64,000 bases of DNA from an uncultured Alphaproteobacteria bacterium (GCA_963835885.1 CAWIHF010000029.1:6901-70900); one strand, 5' to 3'. Shown: positions 21,659-34,094, numbered from the stretch's first letter. Numbers and translations are program-made. The notes: generated by a model from the sequence alone, not told the origin.

Positions 21659-22309
21659 CTAGGTTACGGCGATATCATTTTCGACGAATGTCGCGCCCGG
21701 CGCCGACCACGCGGTGGCGCCCGCCAGGTCGCGCGCATTCCATGTCGTGACCTGCCCAGTCAATTTGATCTTGCCGCCCTGAGCGCTGACCTTGATCGTG
21801 TTCGGATCGTAGAACCAGGAACGATGCAGCGCGCGCGTGATGTTTTGGCCGAGATCGTCCGCGTTCACCGTCGGCTTGATCTCGATGAGATTGGAAACGC
21901 CGACGACGCCGATTAGGGTCCGGACGGCCTGCGCGGCGGCTTCCTTCTGGAAGAACCAATCGACTTCGCCGCGCAGCGTGATCCATCCCTTTTCGACTCT
22001 GATCTCGACGGCGCCGGGGGGAACGGATGAGTCCCAGGCCAGACGCTCGATAGCCGCCCCGGCGATGTCCTCGTCGCCGCGTCTGATGTCATAGGGAAGC
22101 TTGACCTCGATCTCCTCGGCGACGGCCTTCACGCCTTTCACCCGAGCCGCCGCCTTCTCCGCCGCGACCTTTTGTGCGAAGCTTTGGACGTGGCCAGTCA
22201 GGGTCACGACGCCCGTGTTCGCGGTGACGCCGATATGCGCGGCGTCGATGCTAGGCTCCCAACCCAGTTCGGCCATCACGGATTCTTGGAGCTCTTTGTC
22301 TTGTGACAT
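21659..22309 (-). CDS. BON-domain (OsmY-like) protein, three BON domains
   Basis: ELGWEPSIDAAHIGV...GVVTLTGHV, then GWITLRGEV and GKIKLTGQV. Confidence 0.9.
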   Translation of the reverse strand: MSQDKELQESVMAELGWEPSIDAAHIGVTANTGVVTLTGHVQSFAQKVAAEKAAARVKGVKAVAEEIEVKLPYDIRRGDEDIAGAAIERLAWDSSVPPGAVEIRVEKGWITLRGEVDWFFQKEAAAQAVRTLIGVVGVSNLIEIKPTVNADDLGQNITRALHRSWFYDPNTIKVSAQGGKIKLTGQVTTWNARDLAGATAWSAPGATFVENDIAVT

Positions 22310-23037
22310 TTTGTTTTCCCTTCGCTGAGGTGAGCGGGTTATTCGGCCCGCCAGCCGCCCCCCAGGAGTACCAAGCGGCAACGCGCCAAGGGATTGTCGC
22401 GATCGCCATGCGGTATGTTTCTCGAGGCTAAGGAATTTACGCGGGTCGCTCGCTTCCCAACAGACTCTGGAAACTACTCAGGTTTTGAAGGGGCGGAGTA
22501 CGGGAGTACGGTGACGCGACCATATTTCCCTTAATATATTCTCGCCATCTGCGCCCTCCTTGCGCGGTTTCCGCCCGCGTTTGCCCGTGGCGAGCGCGCG
22601 GCCGAGGCGCTTCTTGATCGCCGCGACAAACGCCGCCGAGCCCAACGGGCGGCCAATCCGCTCGCTGCGCTCGAGGAGGGCGAAGGCGACCGTGTCCGCT
22701 TCGCCGTCGATAAGGTCGGCGAAATGCGGCGCGCGGTCGCGGAGCGGCTTGACCCTGACGAGCCCATCGTCGCGCCCGGCCAGATGCGCGCTTAACGCCG
22801 AGCCGAACTGGCCCTGAGACAGATGGCCGGTCTGACGCGCGCGGGCGTTGACGAAGCCGGCGACCTCGACGCCGAAGCACCGGCAGGCTGCCGGAGCCGC
22901 CGGTCTGTGGCCGCGGCAAGCCGACCAAGAACCGCCATCGAAAGTCAGGGTCACGCAAGCTGCCGTCGTTAACATCGCCCGCGACAGATCGGCGAGGTCG
23001 TCGATCGTCGAATATTACGGAGATCATTCTTGAACGC

Positions 23038-23301
23038 TTGAACGCTCGCACCATTCTGACATCCGCCGCGTCCCTGGCTCTGGCCGCGCTTCTCGCATCG
23101 TCCTCATTCGCTTCGGCCGCGGGGGGCGGTCACGGCCCCGGCTCGAGCACCGGTTCCCCTGGCGGCCACAACGACGGCCACATCGCCGGCGGCAACCACA
23201 GCGCCAGCCCCGTCGCTACTGGCAGTTCTGTCGGCAGCGCCACCGGTGGTTCTGTCGGCAGCCCCACCGGCGGTTCTGTCGGCAGCCCCACCGGTCGCTG
23301 A
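23038..23301 (+). CDS. Small putative secreted Gly/Ser-rich peptide
   Basis: TTG start, hydrophobic signal ending ASA, GGSVGSPT repeats; may be a truncated gene. Confidence 0.5.
   Translation: MNARTILTSAASLALAALLASSSFASAAGGGHGPGSSTGSPGGHNDGHIAGGNHSASPVATGSSVGSATGGSVGSPTGGSVGSPTGR
23221..23292 (+). repeat. 3 x 24-bp tandem repeat (coding)
   Basis: GGCAGTTCTGTCGGCAGCGCCACC / GGTGGTTCTGTCGGCAGCCCCACC / GGCGGTTCTGTCGGCAGCCCCACC. Confidence 0.9.
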
Positions 23302-23661
23302 TGGCGGAGGCGACTCCTCTCGCTTGCGCCCCGAAATGAACACGGGCGCATGGGGGGCGTCGCGAGGCGCCCCGGCGAGGGCGCGGCCGAGGCGCTTCTC
23401 GATCTCCTCCGCAAAACCCGCTGAACCGAGCGGACGGCCGATCAGCTCGCTGCGCCGGCAGGATTCTCCGAGCCAATCGCGATAGAGCGCGTCGTCGCCG
23501 TCCTCGAAGAAGACCCGCTCGCGCCGGTTGCCGCATTGAGTGACATGGTGCGGTAGGCCGGGAACGCCGACGCCGGCGATGCGGGCCATGGGCGACGCGT
23601 AGCACAGATTACAATTCAGTAAAGACGGTCGTGTCGCTGTAAATAAATCGCGTAAATCCCT

Positions 23662-24561
23662 TCAGGACAGCCAATCGCGAACCTTGATCACCGCATCGGC
23701 GAAGGCCTGGGGCGCCTGCTGCGGCAAGTTGTGTCCCGCATCGACGACGCGGTGCTCATGCAGCCCGACGAACATGCCGGCGTGCTCTGCGGTCCCGCCA
23801 GGCTTGAGCGGGTCGGTCGCGCCGTCGATCGTCACCGTCGGGACCGCTACCGTGGGTTTCTGCGCCAGATGGTCTTCGAGCGGTTGCAACGCAGGATCGC
23901 CCGCCGCAAGGCCAAAGAGCCAGCGGTAACAATGGATCACGACATCGACGAAGTCGGGATTTTCGAACGCGACCGAAGACCGGGCGAACGTCGCATCATC
24001 GAACCGCCAGCCGGGCGACCATTCGCTCCACAGCATCCGGCTGAGCTCGCGGCGGTGTTCCGTCAGGCATTCGCGCCCGCGTTCGGTCTGAAAAAGATGC
24101 TGATACCAGAAGGCGCGCTCAAGCGATGGCGCCACGGGACGCCGTTGTCGACTCACATCGATCACGTCGTAGCCCGCGTAGGATACAAGGCCGCCGATCC
24201 GTTCCGGCCACAGCGCCGCCGCCACGCAGGACGCGTTGCCTCCCCAATCGAATCCGCCGAGGATCGGGCGTTCCAGGCCGAGAGCGTCGGCAAGCTGGAC
24301 GATGTCGCAGCCGCGGGCGGCCTGCTGCCCGCTCCGCATGACGTCGTCGGAAACGAAGCGGGTTGGGCCGAACCCGCGCGTATATGGGGCGATCACCCTC
24401 GCTCCGGCTCGCGCCAGGATCGAAGCCGCTTCATCGAAAGCATGCACGTCATAGGGGAAGCCATGCGACAGGATGACCGGCCAGCCATTGGCGGGACCGT
24501 GTTCGACGTAGGCGATCCGCAGGGCGTCGGTCTCGACGCTTCTCACCGGCTGCTCATCCAT
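23662..24561 (-). CDS. Alpha/beta hydrolase (epoxide hydrolase-like)
   Basis: Motifs HGFPYD, GFDWGG and DAGHNLPQ. Confidence 0.9.
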   Translation of the reverse strand: MDEQPVRSVETDALRIAYVEHGPANGWPVILSHGFPYDVHAFDEAASILARAGARVIAPYTRGFGPTRFVSDDVMRSGQQAARGCDIVQLADALGLERPILGGFDWGGNASCVAAALWPERIGGLVSYAGYDVIDVSRQRRPVAPSLERAFWYQHLFQTERGRECLTEHRRELSRMLWSEWSPGWRFDDATFARSSVAFENPDFVDVVIHCYRWLFGLAAGDPALQPLEDHLAQKPTVAVPTVTIDGATDPLKPGGTAEHAGMFVGLHEHRVVDAGHNLPQQAPQAFADAVIKVRDWLS

Positions 24562-25919
24562 AAGAGGCCGTCCCGGATTGCGCGGGCGCCAGTTCGACAA
24601 TTGCCGGGCGAGCCTCGACGGAGAGGGTCGTGAAGCGACGGTCGATGGCGGCGCCCGGCGCAATGGCGAGGCTCGACAATCCGAGCCATGACGCCATCAG
24701 GCGAAGCTCTTCGATCAGCCGTTCCACCGTGCATTGCGGGGCGCCTGGCTCGACGTGCGCTCGCTTAACGATCAGCGCGCCGGCTTTGCGGTCCGCCTTC
24801 AGGTCCACGCGAGCGACCAGCGCGCCATCCATGAGGAAGGGCAGTACGTAGTAACCGTGCTCGCGCTTGTGGGCGGGCGTGTAGATTTCCAGACGATAGC
24901 GGAACCCGAATGATTCTCTCGGTTCGCGGACGGCGCCAAATGAGCGGGTCGAAGGGCGACAGCAGCGCCGAGCCTTCGAGCTTGCGGCCGGGGCGCGCAT
25001 CCTTGTGCAAATAGGCCTGTTGCCGCCAGCCCCGCACGCGCACAGGGATAATGGTTCCCTGTTCGACCAATTGTTCGATCGGCAGCCGCGCGTCTGCGGC
25101 GGGGATGCGATAGTAATCGCGCAGATCGTCCGAAGTCGCGACGCCGAGCGCCTGCGCCGAGCGCGCGAGCAACGCCCGCCGGGCGTCAACGCCGCTTGGC
25201 GTGGGGACTTCGAGGGTGGCGCGGGGCAATACCCGCTCGGGCAGGTCGTAGACGCGCTCGAAGCTGCCTCGGCGGTGCGCCGCGGCGACCAGCCCCGCCC
25301 AGAACAGCCATTCCAGCGCATGCTTGGCGGCGCTCCACGCCCACATGCCCTTCGAGGCTCTGCTGCCCGCCACATCGGAAGCGGCCAACGGTCCCTCTGT
25401 CTCGATGCGGGCGAGCAGGGCATCGGCCTCGCCGCGCTTCTCCGCCGCAAAAGGTTCGAGTTGCCGCCACACGCCCTGGCCGCGAAGCGCCCGGGCCATA
25501 CGCCAGCGCAGCAGGGGTTGGCAGTCGATTGGCAGCAGCGACGCCTCGTGCCCCCAATATTCGAAGAAGCGCCTGGGTTTGGCCGCCGCCAGCGCGTCGA
25601 GGCGGGCGGGTTCGTAGGAGCCCAAGCGGGAGAAGAGCGGCAGATACTGGGCGCGCACCAGAATGTTCACGCTGTCGATCTGAAGAAGGCCGAGCCGATC
25701 GATGCCCTTGCGCAGCTCAGCCGCGCCGACAGCCTCATGGCGACGCATCGCGTTGAAGCCCTGCGCCGTAAGCGCGACGCGGCGAGCCTCGGAAGCGGAG
25801 AGTTCCGCCTTCAGTGCTGCTCTCCCGATACGGTGGAGACGAACGCGCGCCGGTCGGCGGGCATCCGTTCGGGCTGCTCCAAGGCAGCGAAGCGCCCACC
25901 CGACGGCGTCTCGCTCCAA
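24554..25919 (-). CDS. ycaQ: YcaQ/AlkZ-like winged-helix DNA glycosylase (frameshift at about 24912; start uncertain)
   Basis: [16 protein letters not shown] and [10 protein letters not shown], then [24 protein letters not shown] in a shifted frame. Confidence 0.85.
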
Positions 25920-25959
25920 TGAACGATGCCACTCCTCAAGACGACCCGCAATGGCCCGT

Positions 25960-27144
<1,185 letters not shown>

Positions 27145-27290
27145 GGCGAGGACGCCCAACGCGCGCTTCTTGTCGCCCAAATCAGAAATTTAGCGCGCCC
27201 GAAAGGCGGAAAGGCGGAAGCGGGCCTACGGCCGCCGCCAGGAAAGGCTCGGTGTCCGCCCTTTTCGGACTTTCGGCGGCTGGAGCGCCG

Positions 27291-27872
27291 TCAGCGCTTG
27301 CGAAGGCCGTCTACGAAGATATCGGCAAGGCGGAGCGCCGTCTTTCGCCAATCGGGCGTGTCGTATACGTTGTAGGACATGCCGACGAGCGCGCGCAGAA
27401 GGTCTTCCGGCGTAATATCCGCGCGGATCTCGCCGGCCTTCGCGGCGCGGTCGAGCAGCGAACCGACGGCCTTCGTGAGGCGGTCCGCCGAATAAGCGTG
27501 AAGCTCCGAAGGGCGATGCGCCGCGAGAGCCAGGGCCGCCACCATGCCCTTCTTCGTCGCGACGAGCCGCACATTGGCGTGCAGCCAGCGCCGCAAAGCT
27601 TCGACCGGCTCAAGCTCGTCGGCGAGCCGCTCCGCGAGCTCGCTGAGCTGATCCACTTCACGCCGATAGACCGCCTCGAACAGGGCTTCGCGCGTCGGGA
27701 AGTGACGATAGAGCGTTCCTATGCCGACGCTGGCGCGCTTCGCCACCGCTTCGAGGCTGGCGTCGGGGCCGCCGGCGCTGAAGATGTCGGCCGCCGCGTC
27801 GAGCAGGCGCTCGCGATTGCGGACCGCGTCGGCGCGGGGCTTGCGCTCGGGATTTGTTGCACGACCTGACAT
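27291..27872 (-). CDS. TetR family regulator
   Basis: RADAVRNRERLL...VGIGTLYRHFPTREAL. Confidence 0.93.
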   Translation of the reverse strand: MSGRATNPERKPRADAVRNRERLLDAAADIFSAGGPDASLEAVAKRASVGIGTLYRHFPTREALFEAVYRREVDQLSELAERLADELEPVEALRRWLHANVRLVATKKGMVAALALAAHRPSELHAYSADRLTKAVGSLLDRAAKAGEIRADITPEDLLRALVGMSYNVYDTPDWRKTALRLADIFVDGLRKR

Positions 27873-27895
27873 GACGCCTGAACGCCTCTTGCAAA

Positions 27896-27912
27896 ACGGA
27901 GGCACCCTCCGT
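27896..27912. promoter_or_regulatory. Candidate TetR operator
   Basis: Perfect inverted repeat ACGGAG-GCACC-CTCCGT between the divergent tetR and oxidoreductase genes. Confidence 0.6.
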
Positions 27913-28067
27913 ATACTATCTCCGTCGGGCCATGGGCGCCTCTCGAAACGACGGCGGACGAACCCGTCCTATCGCGATCCGCCGTCGCCGCAGAGCGACG
28001 TTCTTCTCATAGCCAGCCCGCGGACCTCGATATCTACGACTGACGGACTGAACGCACGGGAGTCTTC

Positions 28068-28565
28068 ATGACCTTCTCTATAAGCCTTACCGTCAACGGC
28101 GCCCGGCGGGACGTTGCGCTCGACGACCCGCGCGTCACGCTCCTCGATCTCCTGCGCGAGCGCCTCGACCTGACCGGAACCAAGAAGGGCTGCGACCGAG
28201 GGCAATGCGGCGCTTGCACCGTGCTCGTGAATGGGAGGCGGGTCAATTCGTGCCTGGCTCTCGCGCTGAGCCTCGACGGAGCGGAGGTTGTCACCATCGA
28301 GGGCCTCGCCCAAGGCGACGAGCTTCATCCGGTGCAGGCCGCCTTCATCGCGCATGACGGATTCCAGTGCGGCTTCTGCACGCCGGGCCAGATCATGAGC
28401 GCGGTCGGCCTGATCGACGAGGGCCAGGCGGGCGACGACCCCGAGCGCGTGCGCGAGGGGATGAGCGGCAACATCTGCCGTTGCGGCGCCTATCGCGGCA
28501 TCACGGAGGCGGTGCTCGAGGCGCAGAAGCTTCTTGCGGAACGGGACCGGAGGAATGCGGCATGA
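28068..28565 (+). CDS. Xanthine/aldehyde dehydrogenase family 2Fe-2S subunit (YagT-like, no Tat signal)
   Basis: Motifs GCDRGQCGACTV, QCGFCTPGQ and NICRCGAY. Confidence 0.95.
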   Translation: MTFSISLTVNGARRDVALDDPRVTLLDLLRERLDLTGTKKGCDRGQCGACTVLVNGRRVNSCLALALSLDGAEVVTIEGLAQGDELHPVQAAFIAHDGFQCGFCTPGQIMSAVGLIDEGQAGDDPERVREGMSGNICRCGAYRGITEAVLEAQKLLAERDRRNAA

Positions 28566-29620
28566 AGATCTTCGACTATGTGAGACCGGCCACGGTTCCG
28601 GAGGCGGTCGCCGCAGCGGCAGAGCCGGGCTCCGCCTATCTCGCCGCCGGCACCAATTTGCTCGACCTGATGAAGGGCGGCGCCATGCGGCCCGACCGTC
28701 TCGTCGACGTCACGCGCTTGCCGGGCCTCGACCGCTTGGAGCGCCTGGCCGATGGCGGCATGCGCATCGGCGCGCTGGTGCGGAACGCCGACCTCGCGCA
28801 GGACGCGGATTTCGCCCGCGCCTATCCGGCGGTCGCCGAAGCGCTGCTCTCCGGCGCGTCGGCGCAGCTCCGCAACGCCGCGACCGTCGGCGGCAACCTC
28901 ATGCAGCGGACGCGCTGCAGCTACTTCTATGACGTGGCGAGCGCCTGCAACCGGCGTGAACCGGGCGCAGGCTGCGACGCGCTGCAAGGCGAGAACCGCC
29001 TGCATGCGGTGCTCGGATGGAGCAAGCACTGCATCGCGACGCATCCGTCGGACTTCTGTGTGCCGCTCGTCGCGCTCGACGCCGTTGTCGAGATCGAAGG
29101 CAAAGATGGTCGGCGCGAGATCGCGCTCGAAGATTTTCACCGCCTGCCCGGCGACACGCCGGAGCGCGAAAGCGCGCTCGAGCCGGGGGACCTGATCGTT
29201 GCGCTTCGTCTTCCCGGCGATGCGGCGCGCTTTGCGGCGCATGCGCGCTATCTCAAGCTTCGCGAGCGCACGTCCTTTGCCTTCGCGGTCGTGTCCGCCG
29301 CCGCGGCGCTCGACCTGGAAGGCGGCGCAATTCGCAGCGCCCGGATTGCCCTTGGCGGCGTCGCGGCGAAGCCATGGCGCGCGCGAGCGGCCGAAGAGGC
29401 GCTCGCCGGCGCGAATGCGGACGAGACGGCGTTCCGCAAAGCGGCCGAAGCCGCGCTCGCCGACGCGAAGCCCTCCGGCGATAACGCATTCAAGATCGAA
29501 CTCGCGAAACGGATCGTCGTGCGCGCGCTCGCGCTCGCGGCGGCGGGAACGCCCGAGCGCCTTCCTGCCCTTCCGGCCTCTCCCTTCTCCTCCGTTCCCA
29601 GGGCCCTTCAACATGCCTGA
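28562..29620 (+). CDS. Xanthine/aldehyde dehydrogenase family FAD subunit (YagS-like)
   Basis: Motifs AAGTNLLDLMK, QLRNAATVGGN, RTRC...CN...GC and CIATHPSD. Confidence 0.93.
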   Translation: MKIFDYVRPATVPEAVAAAAEPGSAYLAAGTNLLDLMKGGAMRPDRLVDVTRLPGLDRLERLADGGMRIGALVRNADLAQDADFARAYPAVAEALLSGASAQLRNAATVGGNLMQRTRCSYFYDVASACNRREPGAGCDALQGENRLHAVLGWSKHCIATHPSDFCVPLVALDAVVEIEGKDGRREIALEDFHRLPGDTPERESALEPGDLIVALRLPGDAARFAAHARYLKLRERTSFAFAVVSAAAALDLEGGAIRSARIALGGVAAKPWRARAAEEALAGANADETAFRKAAEAALADAKPSGDNAFKIELAKRIVVRALALAAAGTPERLPALPASPFSSVPRALQHA

Positions 29621-31881
29621 GACCCATCGCACCCAAGCCTCGCCGAACCTGCGCTACGGCTCGAACGCGGGCCAGCCGCTCACCCGCCGCGACGGAGTCC
29701 TCAAGGTCACCGGGCGCGCGTCCTACGCCGCGGACAACCATCCCGAAGGAATGCTGTATGCGGTGTGCGCCGTCAGCACGATCGCGCGCGGCCGCGTCGT
29801 GCATCTCGACGTCGAAGCCGCCAAAGCGCATCCGCATGTCGTCGAGGTGATCACCCCCGCCAACCGGCCGCCGCTGGCAGGCGACCCGGAAGCCAAGGAA
29901 GGCCTGTTCGCGTTCCGTTTGGAGGCGCTGCAGAACGACCGCGTGCGCTACGCCAACCAGCCGATCGCGCTCGTCGTCGCAAAGACGCTGGAGGCGGCGA
30001 CGGAAGGCGCCGCGCTGCTGAAGCCCCGTTACGAGGTCGAGCCGGCGCGCCTCGGACTCGATCTCGAGCGATTCGTCCCGCAAGCCGTCGGGAGTCGGCT
30101 CGCCCCCGAGCGGCGCGCATGGCGACGTCGAGGCGGGACTGTCGGCCGGCGCCGCTGCGCGTCGACGCGACCTACGAAACGCCTTCGCAATACCACAACG
30201 CGATGGAGCCGCACGCCATCGTCGCGTCATGGGATGGCGACCGCCTGACGCTCGACACCCCGAACCAGGCGCCGTACCTGGCTCGCGCAGCCTACGCCGG
30301 CTTCTTCGGGGTCCCGCCGGAAAACGTGCTCATTCGCACCCCGTTCATCGGCGGCGGCTTCGGATCGAAAGCGATTCTCGCAGGAGCGCATATCCTGTGC
30401 GTGCTCGCGGCGCGCATGACGGGCCGGCCGGTGAAGCTGGCGCTGACGCGCGCCCAGATGTTCGGGCCGGTCGGCCATCGCGGCCAGACGCAGCAGCGAG
30501 TGAACTCGGCATGGAGACCGACGGCCGGCTCACCGCGATTTCTCATCACGCGATCGCTGCGACGAGCAGCTTCGACGAATTCATCGAACCGTCCGCCGGC
30601 GTCTCGCGCATGCTCTACGCGAGCCCGGCCATCGCCATCGCCCACGAGGCCGTGCGCAACGACATCGGCACGCCCGGACCCATGCGCGCGCCGGGCCTCG
30701 CCTCCGGATCGGCGGCGCTCGAGGTCGCCATCGACGAAGCGGCGGAGGCCTGCGGCATGGACCCGCTCGACTTCCGGCTGACGAATTATGCGGAGGTCGA
30801 ACCGATAACAGGCAAGCCCTATTCGTCGAAGGCGCTGCGCGAATGCTACGCCAAGGGCGCGACGGAATTCGGCTGGTCGATTCGGCCGCGCGCCCCCCGG
30901 CAGATGCGCGACGAAGACGGCTTCCTCGTCGGCTGGGGCATGGGAACCGCCGTGTTCCACTGCCCGATGTTCGCTGCGGAGGCGAGGGCGGCGCTCCGCG
31001 GCGACGGCACAGCCACCATCGAGACGAGCGCAATCGACATGGGACAGGGCGCCTTGACGGCGCTCGCGCAGATTGCCGCCGACAGCCTCGGGCTCGACAT
31101 CGACCAGGTCACGTTGCGCTTCGGCGGCTCCGACCTGCCCGACGGTGGGGTCGCTGGCGGCTCCGGCCATACGGCGACTGCCGGCTCGGCCATCGACGCG
31201 GCCGGCAGGAACGCGGTCGCGCGGCTGGCCGAGCTCGCCACAGCGGACCGCAATTCGCCGCTCTTTGGCGCGGGGAATGTCGGCGTGGTCGCGCGCGCCG
31301 GACGGCTCCACCGCAAAGACGACGAGAGTCGCAGCGAGAGCTATGCCGACATCCTCGCCCGCGCTGGACTGGCGGAGATCGACGGGTGGGGCAAGGGCGC
31401 GCGCGATCCTGCGGCTGTCGGCGACCATGCGCTGCAGGCGCACGGAGCGGTCTTCGCGGAGGTCAAGGTCGACCCCGATCTCGGCCAGGTCCGCGCCACG
31501 CGCCTGGTCGGCGCCTTCGCGGCCGGGCGGATCATCAACCCGCGGCTCGTGCGCAGCCAGCTTTATGGCGGCATGATCTGGGCCGCGTCCTTCGCGCTGA
31601 ACGAGGGCGCGAGCGTGGACCGGCGCAGCGGCCGTATCATGAATGCAGACCTTGGCGAATACCACGTGCCGGTGAATGCCGACGTGCCGTCGCTCGAAGC
31701 GCTGCTGGTCCACGAGGACGACGTCTTGGTCAACGGGCTCGGCATCAAGGGCGTTGGCGAAATCGGCATTACCGGGACGGTGGGCGCCATCGCGAACGCC
31801 GTGTGGCACGCGACAGGGGTAAGAGTTCGCAAGTTTCCTGTGAGGATTGAGAACATCATGGCGCCCACCTCCGGCGCATAG
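29613..31881 (+). CDS. Xanthine/aldehyde dehydrogenase family molybdopterin subunit (YagR-like), with frameshifts near 30090-30150 and about 30500
   Basis: KVTGRASYAAD, HNAMEPH, GGGFGSK, MRAPG, DMGQG and GIKGVGEIG spread over shifted frames. Confidence 0.88.
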
Positions 31882-32016
31882 CGCACACCGATCCGGAAGG
31901 CGGCTTTCAGGTCCGCCATTGGCGCATTCCGTCCGAACAGCGACCGACCAGGCACGCGTGCTTCAGGTCAATTCGGGCCGAGAGGCTCGAACTCGCCATT
32001 TGAGCCCTCCGGGCGC

Positions 32017-33204
32017 TCATCGTACACCCTCGCGGCGTTCGACGATCACCGATTGCGGGCCGTTCACCCGGTAGCGGATCCCTGCCCAGTCGATCGTGCG
32101 CGACAGCGGCGCCGCGGCGGCGGCGAGGGAGTGAATGAGCCACCAGACCGGCCTCAGCCAGCGTTCGGCGAACCAACGCCGCTCGTCGCGACCCCCTTCC
32201 AGGTCCGGCCACAGCGCCCGCTGGATGCTCCGGCGAACACGGCCGCGGACCTCGCCGAGCGCGAGAATAAACGCGAGCCCTAGCCACGCCCAGGCGGCCC
32301 CCTGCACGAGGCTCGGCGCCATGAGCGCGAGGCAGACCGGCGGCGCCCAGAGGCAGGCGAGCGCGATTGCAAAATTCTTCGGCTGATAAATCCAGACGAG
32401 CCGGTACTGGCGCACGCCGAACGAAAAAAACTCGCGCCAGGAGCACGAAACCGGCGTCAGCAGCAGGCCCTGGCGCGGCGCATGCGCGAGAAGGCCGGCC
32501 TGCCGCAGCGCCGCCGCCATCTGAAAATCGTCACTGATCGCTCCCCGCCAAAAGTCTCTGAGGCGTGTCGCTTCGAGCGTGTCGCGCTTCAGGGCGACGC
32601 TGCCGCCCCACACGATGGTCAACGGCAGCGCGCCGCGCGGAAGTGCGGCGATGGCGTCGTTGGCCGCGGCGAGACAGCATGAGCTCCAGCGATCGTCGGC
32701 CGGAATCATCCAGCGGTAGCCGGTCGCCAGGGGACGGCCCGAATTGACCAGGACAGCGATGAGGCGCGATAGCCACACCGGCGTCGGCAAGGCGTCGGCG
32801 TCGATGAAAGCGACGATTTCGTCGTCCGGCTCGAGCCGTTCCAGAGCCGCGAGTTGATTCCAGACCTTCTGTCCGGCATTCTCGGCGTGTCCGGCGACCG
32901 CGAGGTCCATCGGCGCCCCGGGTTGGCGCCTGGCCGCCGACAATATTGCGAAGGCCGGATCGTCCTTGCTTTCGACGCTGGCGACAATCCGGTAATGCCG
33001 GTAGTTCTGTGTCCGCAAGAGCGCGAGATGACGGGCCAGGTTGGCTGCGCCGCGCACCGGCAGGACGACCGCGACCTTCGGCTCCACGCCCGGAATTTCC
33101 GGTTTCGGCAACCCCCACCGGTAAGCCGCCGCCGCGAAGGCCGTGAAGAGATTTTGCAGGCACCAGAGCGCCAACGCCCCAGACGCAATCGTAGAGAACG
33201 CCAT
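32017..33204 (-). CDS. Family 2/21 glycosyltransferase (ceramide glucosyltransferase/HpnI-like)
   Basis: N-terminal TM; motifs VVLPVRG, QKVWNQ, FIDADA, ISDD and RQ; C-terminal TMs and WAGIRY. Confidence 0.85.
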   Translation of the reverse strand: MAFSTIASGALALWCLQNLFTAFAAAAYRWGLPKPEIPGVEPKVAVVLPVRGAANLARHLALLRTQNYRHYRIVASVESKDDPAFAILSAARRQPGAPMDLAVAGHAENAGQKVWNQLAALERLEPDDEIVAFIDADALPTPVWLSRLIAVLVNSGRPLATGYRWMIPADDRWSSCCLAAANDAIAALPRGALPLTIVWGGSVALKRDTLEATRLRDFWRGAISDDFQMAAALRQAGLLAHAPRQGLLLTPVSCSWREFFSFGVRQYRLVWIYQPKNFAIALACLWAPPVCLALMAPSLVQGAAWAWLGLAFILALGEVRGRVRRSIQRALWPDLEGGRDERRWFAERWLRPVWWLIHSLAAAAAPLSRTIDWAGIRYRVNGPQSVIVERREGVR

Positions 33205-33440
33205 GGCTCCCGAGCGCGCGGCCCGCGCGATTGGCCGACCCACAGGCCCGGACATTACCCGGGCGCGGCGCGGCGCGATACCATAAACGCGGGAGCGCCC
33301 GCTCATCGCAAAAAACGTCAGCTCATTCGGCGTGCGGCTTGCCATTGCCGCCTCGACGGCTAGCATGCGAACGAGTCTCATGCGGCCCGGCCTCGCCCAA
33401 GCGCTTGATCGGCGCCAGCCCGAGCGCCTGGAGTATCAGT

Positions 33441-34094
33441 ATGGCCAGAACCCCGACCACGGCGGCCTTCGTCAGCCAGAAGGGCGGGGTCGGAAAAAGC
33501 ACGCTGGCGCGCGTGCTCGCGCTCGGGGCGATCCATCGCGGCCGCAGGACGCTGCTCGCCGACTTCGACCTCGATCAGCTGACCTGCGTCGAATGGGGCG
33601 CGCTGCGCATGCGCGCCGGCATCGAGCCCGAGATCGACGCGCGCGCCTTCAAGAGCCTCAAGAAACTGCGCAAGGACGACACCGCAGTCGATTTCATCGT
33701 CGCCGACACGCGCGGGCTGGCCGACGACCTCTCAACAGAAATCGCCGAGATTTCCCACGTCGTTTTCCTGCCGACCGGCGTGTCGCAGGACGACCTCAGG
33801 CCAACGCTGAACCTCGGGCGCAAGCTCGCCCGGCGAGGCGCCGAGGGGCGGCTCGTCGTCGTGCTGTCGAAAGTCGGCCGGTCGGAGATTCAATTCAGCC
33901 GGGCGGTCGAGACCATCGAGGACGCGGGCTTCGAACTCCTTTCGGAGCACTGGCCGCAGCGCGACGGCTTCCAGGGCGACCTCGACGCGGGCCGCGCCGG
34001 GCGCGAGGCTCGCAACCCCTTTTTGCGCGAGATTGCCGAGCGCATGGAGGAGGCCCTGTGGGCGCGGACGATGAAGGCCAAGCCGCGGGCATAA
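33441..34094 (+). CDS. ParA family ATPase (short, orphan)
   Basis: Deviant Walker A SQKGGVGKST, DFDLDQ and ADTRG. Confidence 0.88.
   Translation: MARTPTTAAFVSQKGGVGKSTLARVLALGAIHRGRRTLLADFDLDQLTCVEWGALRMRAGIEPEIDARAFKSLKKLRKDDTAVDFIVADTRGLADDLSTEIAEISHVVFLPTGVSQDDLRPTLNLGRKLARRGAEGRLVVVLSKVGRSEIQFSRAVETIEDAGFELLSEHWPQRDGFQGDLDAGRAGREARNPFLREIAERMEEALWARTMKAKPRA

Larger units (their letters stand above)
22507..23642 (-). mobile_element. Decayed RAYT (IS200-like Y1 tyrosine transposase) locus: two internally deleted copies within inverted terminal motifs
   Basis: Copy A (from 23589) MARIAGVGVPGLPHHVTQCGNRRERVFF is joined directly to the C-terminal IGRPLGSAGF...KRLGRAL. Copy B (about 22531-22890) keeps FVNARARQTGHLSQGQF and AHLAGRDDGLV...IGRPLGS...GKRGRKPR. 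Ends are TACGGTGACGCGACC and GGTCGTGTCGCTGTA. Confidence 0.78.

Noticed and set aside
23221-23292. CRISPR-like array
   Set aside because: Contiguous 24-bp coding repeats with no spacers; no cas genes in the window.
5227-24561. Recent duplication of the two alpha/beta hydrolases
   Set aside because: The proteins are clearly diverged; ordinary paralogs.
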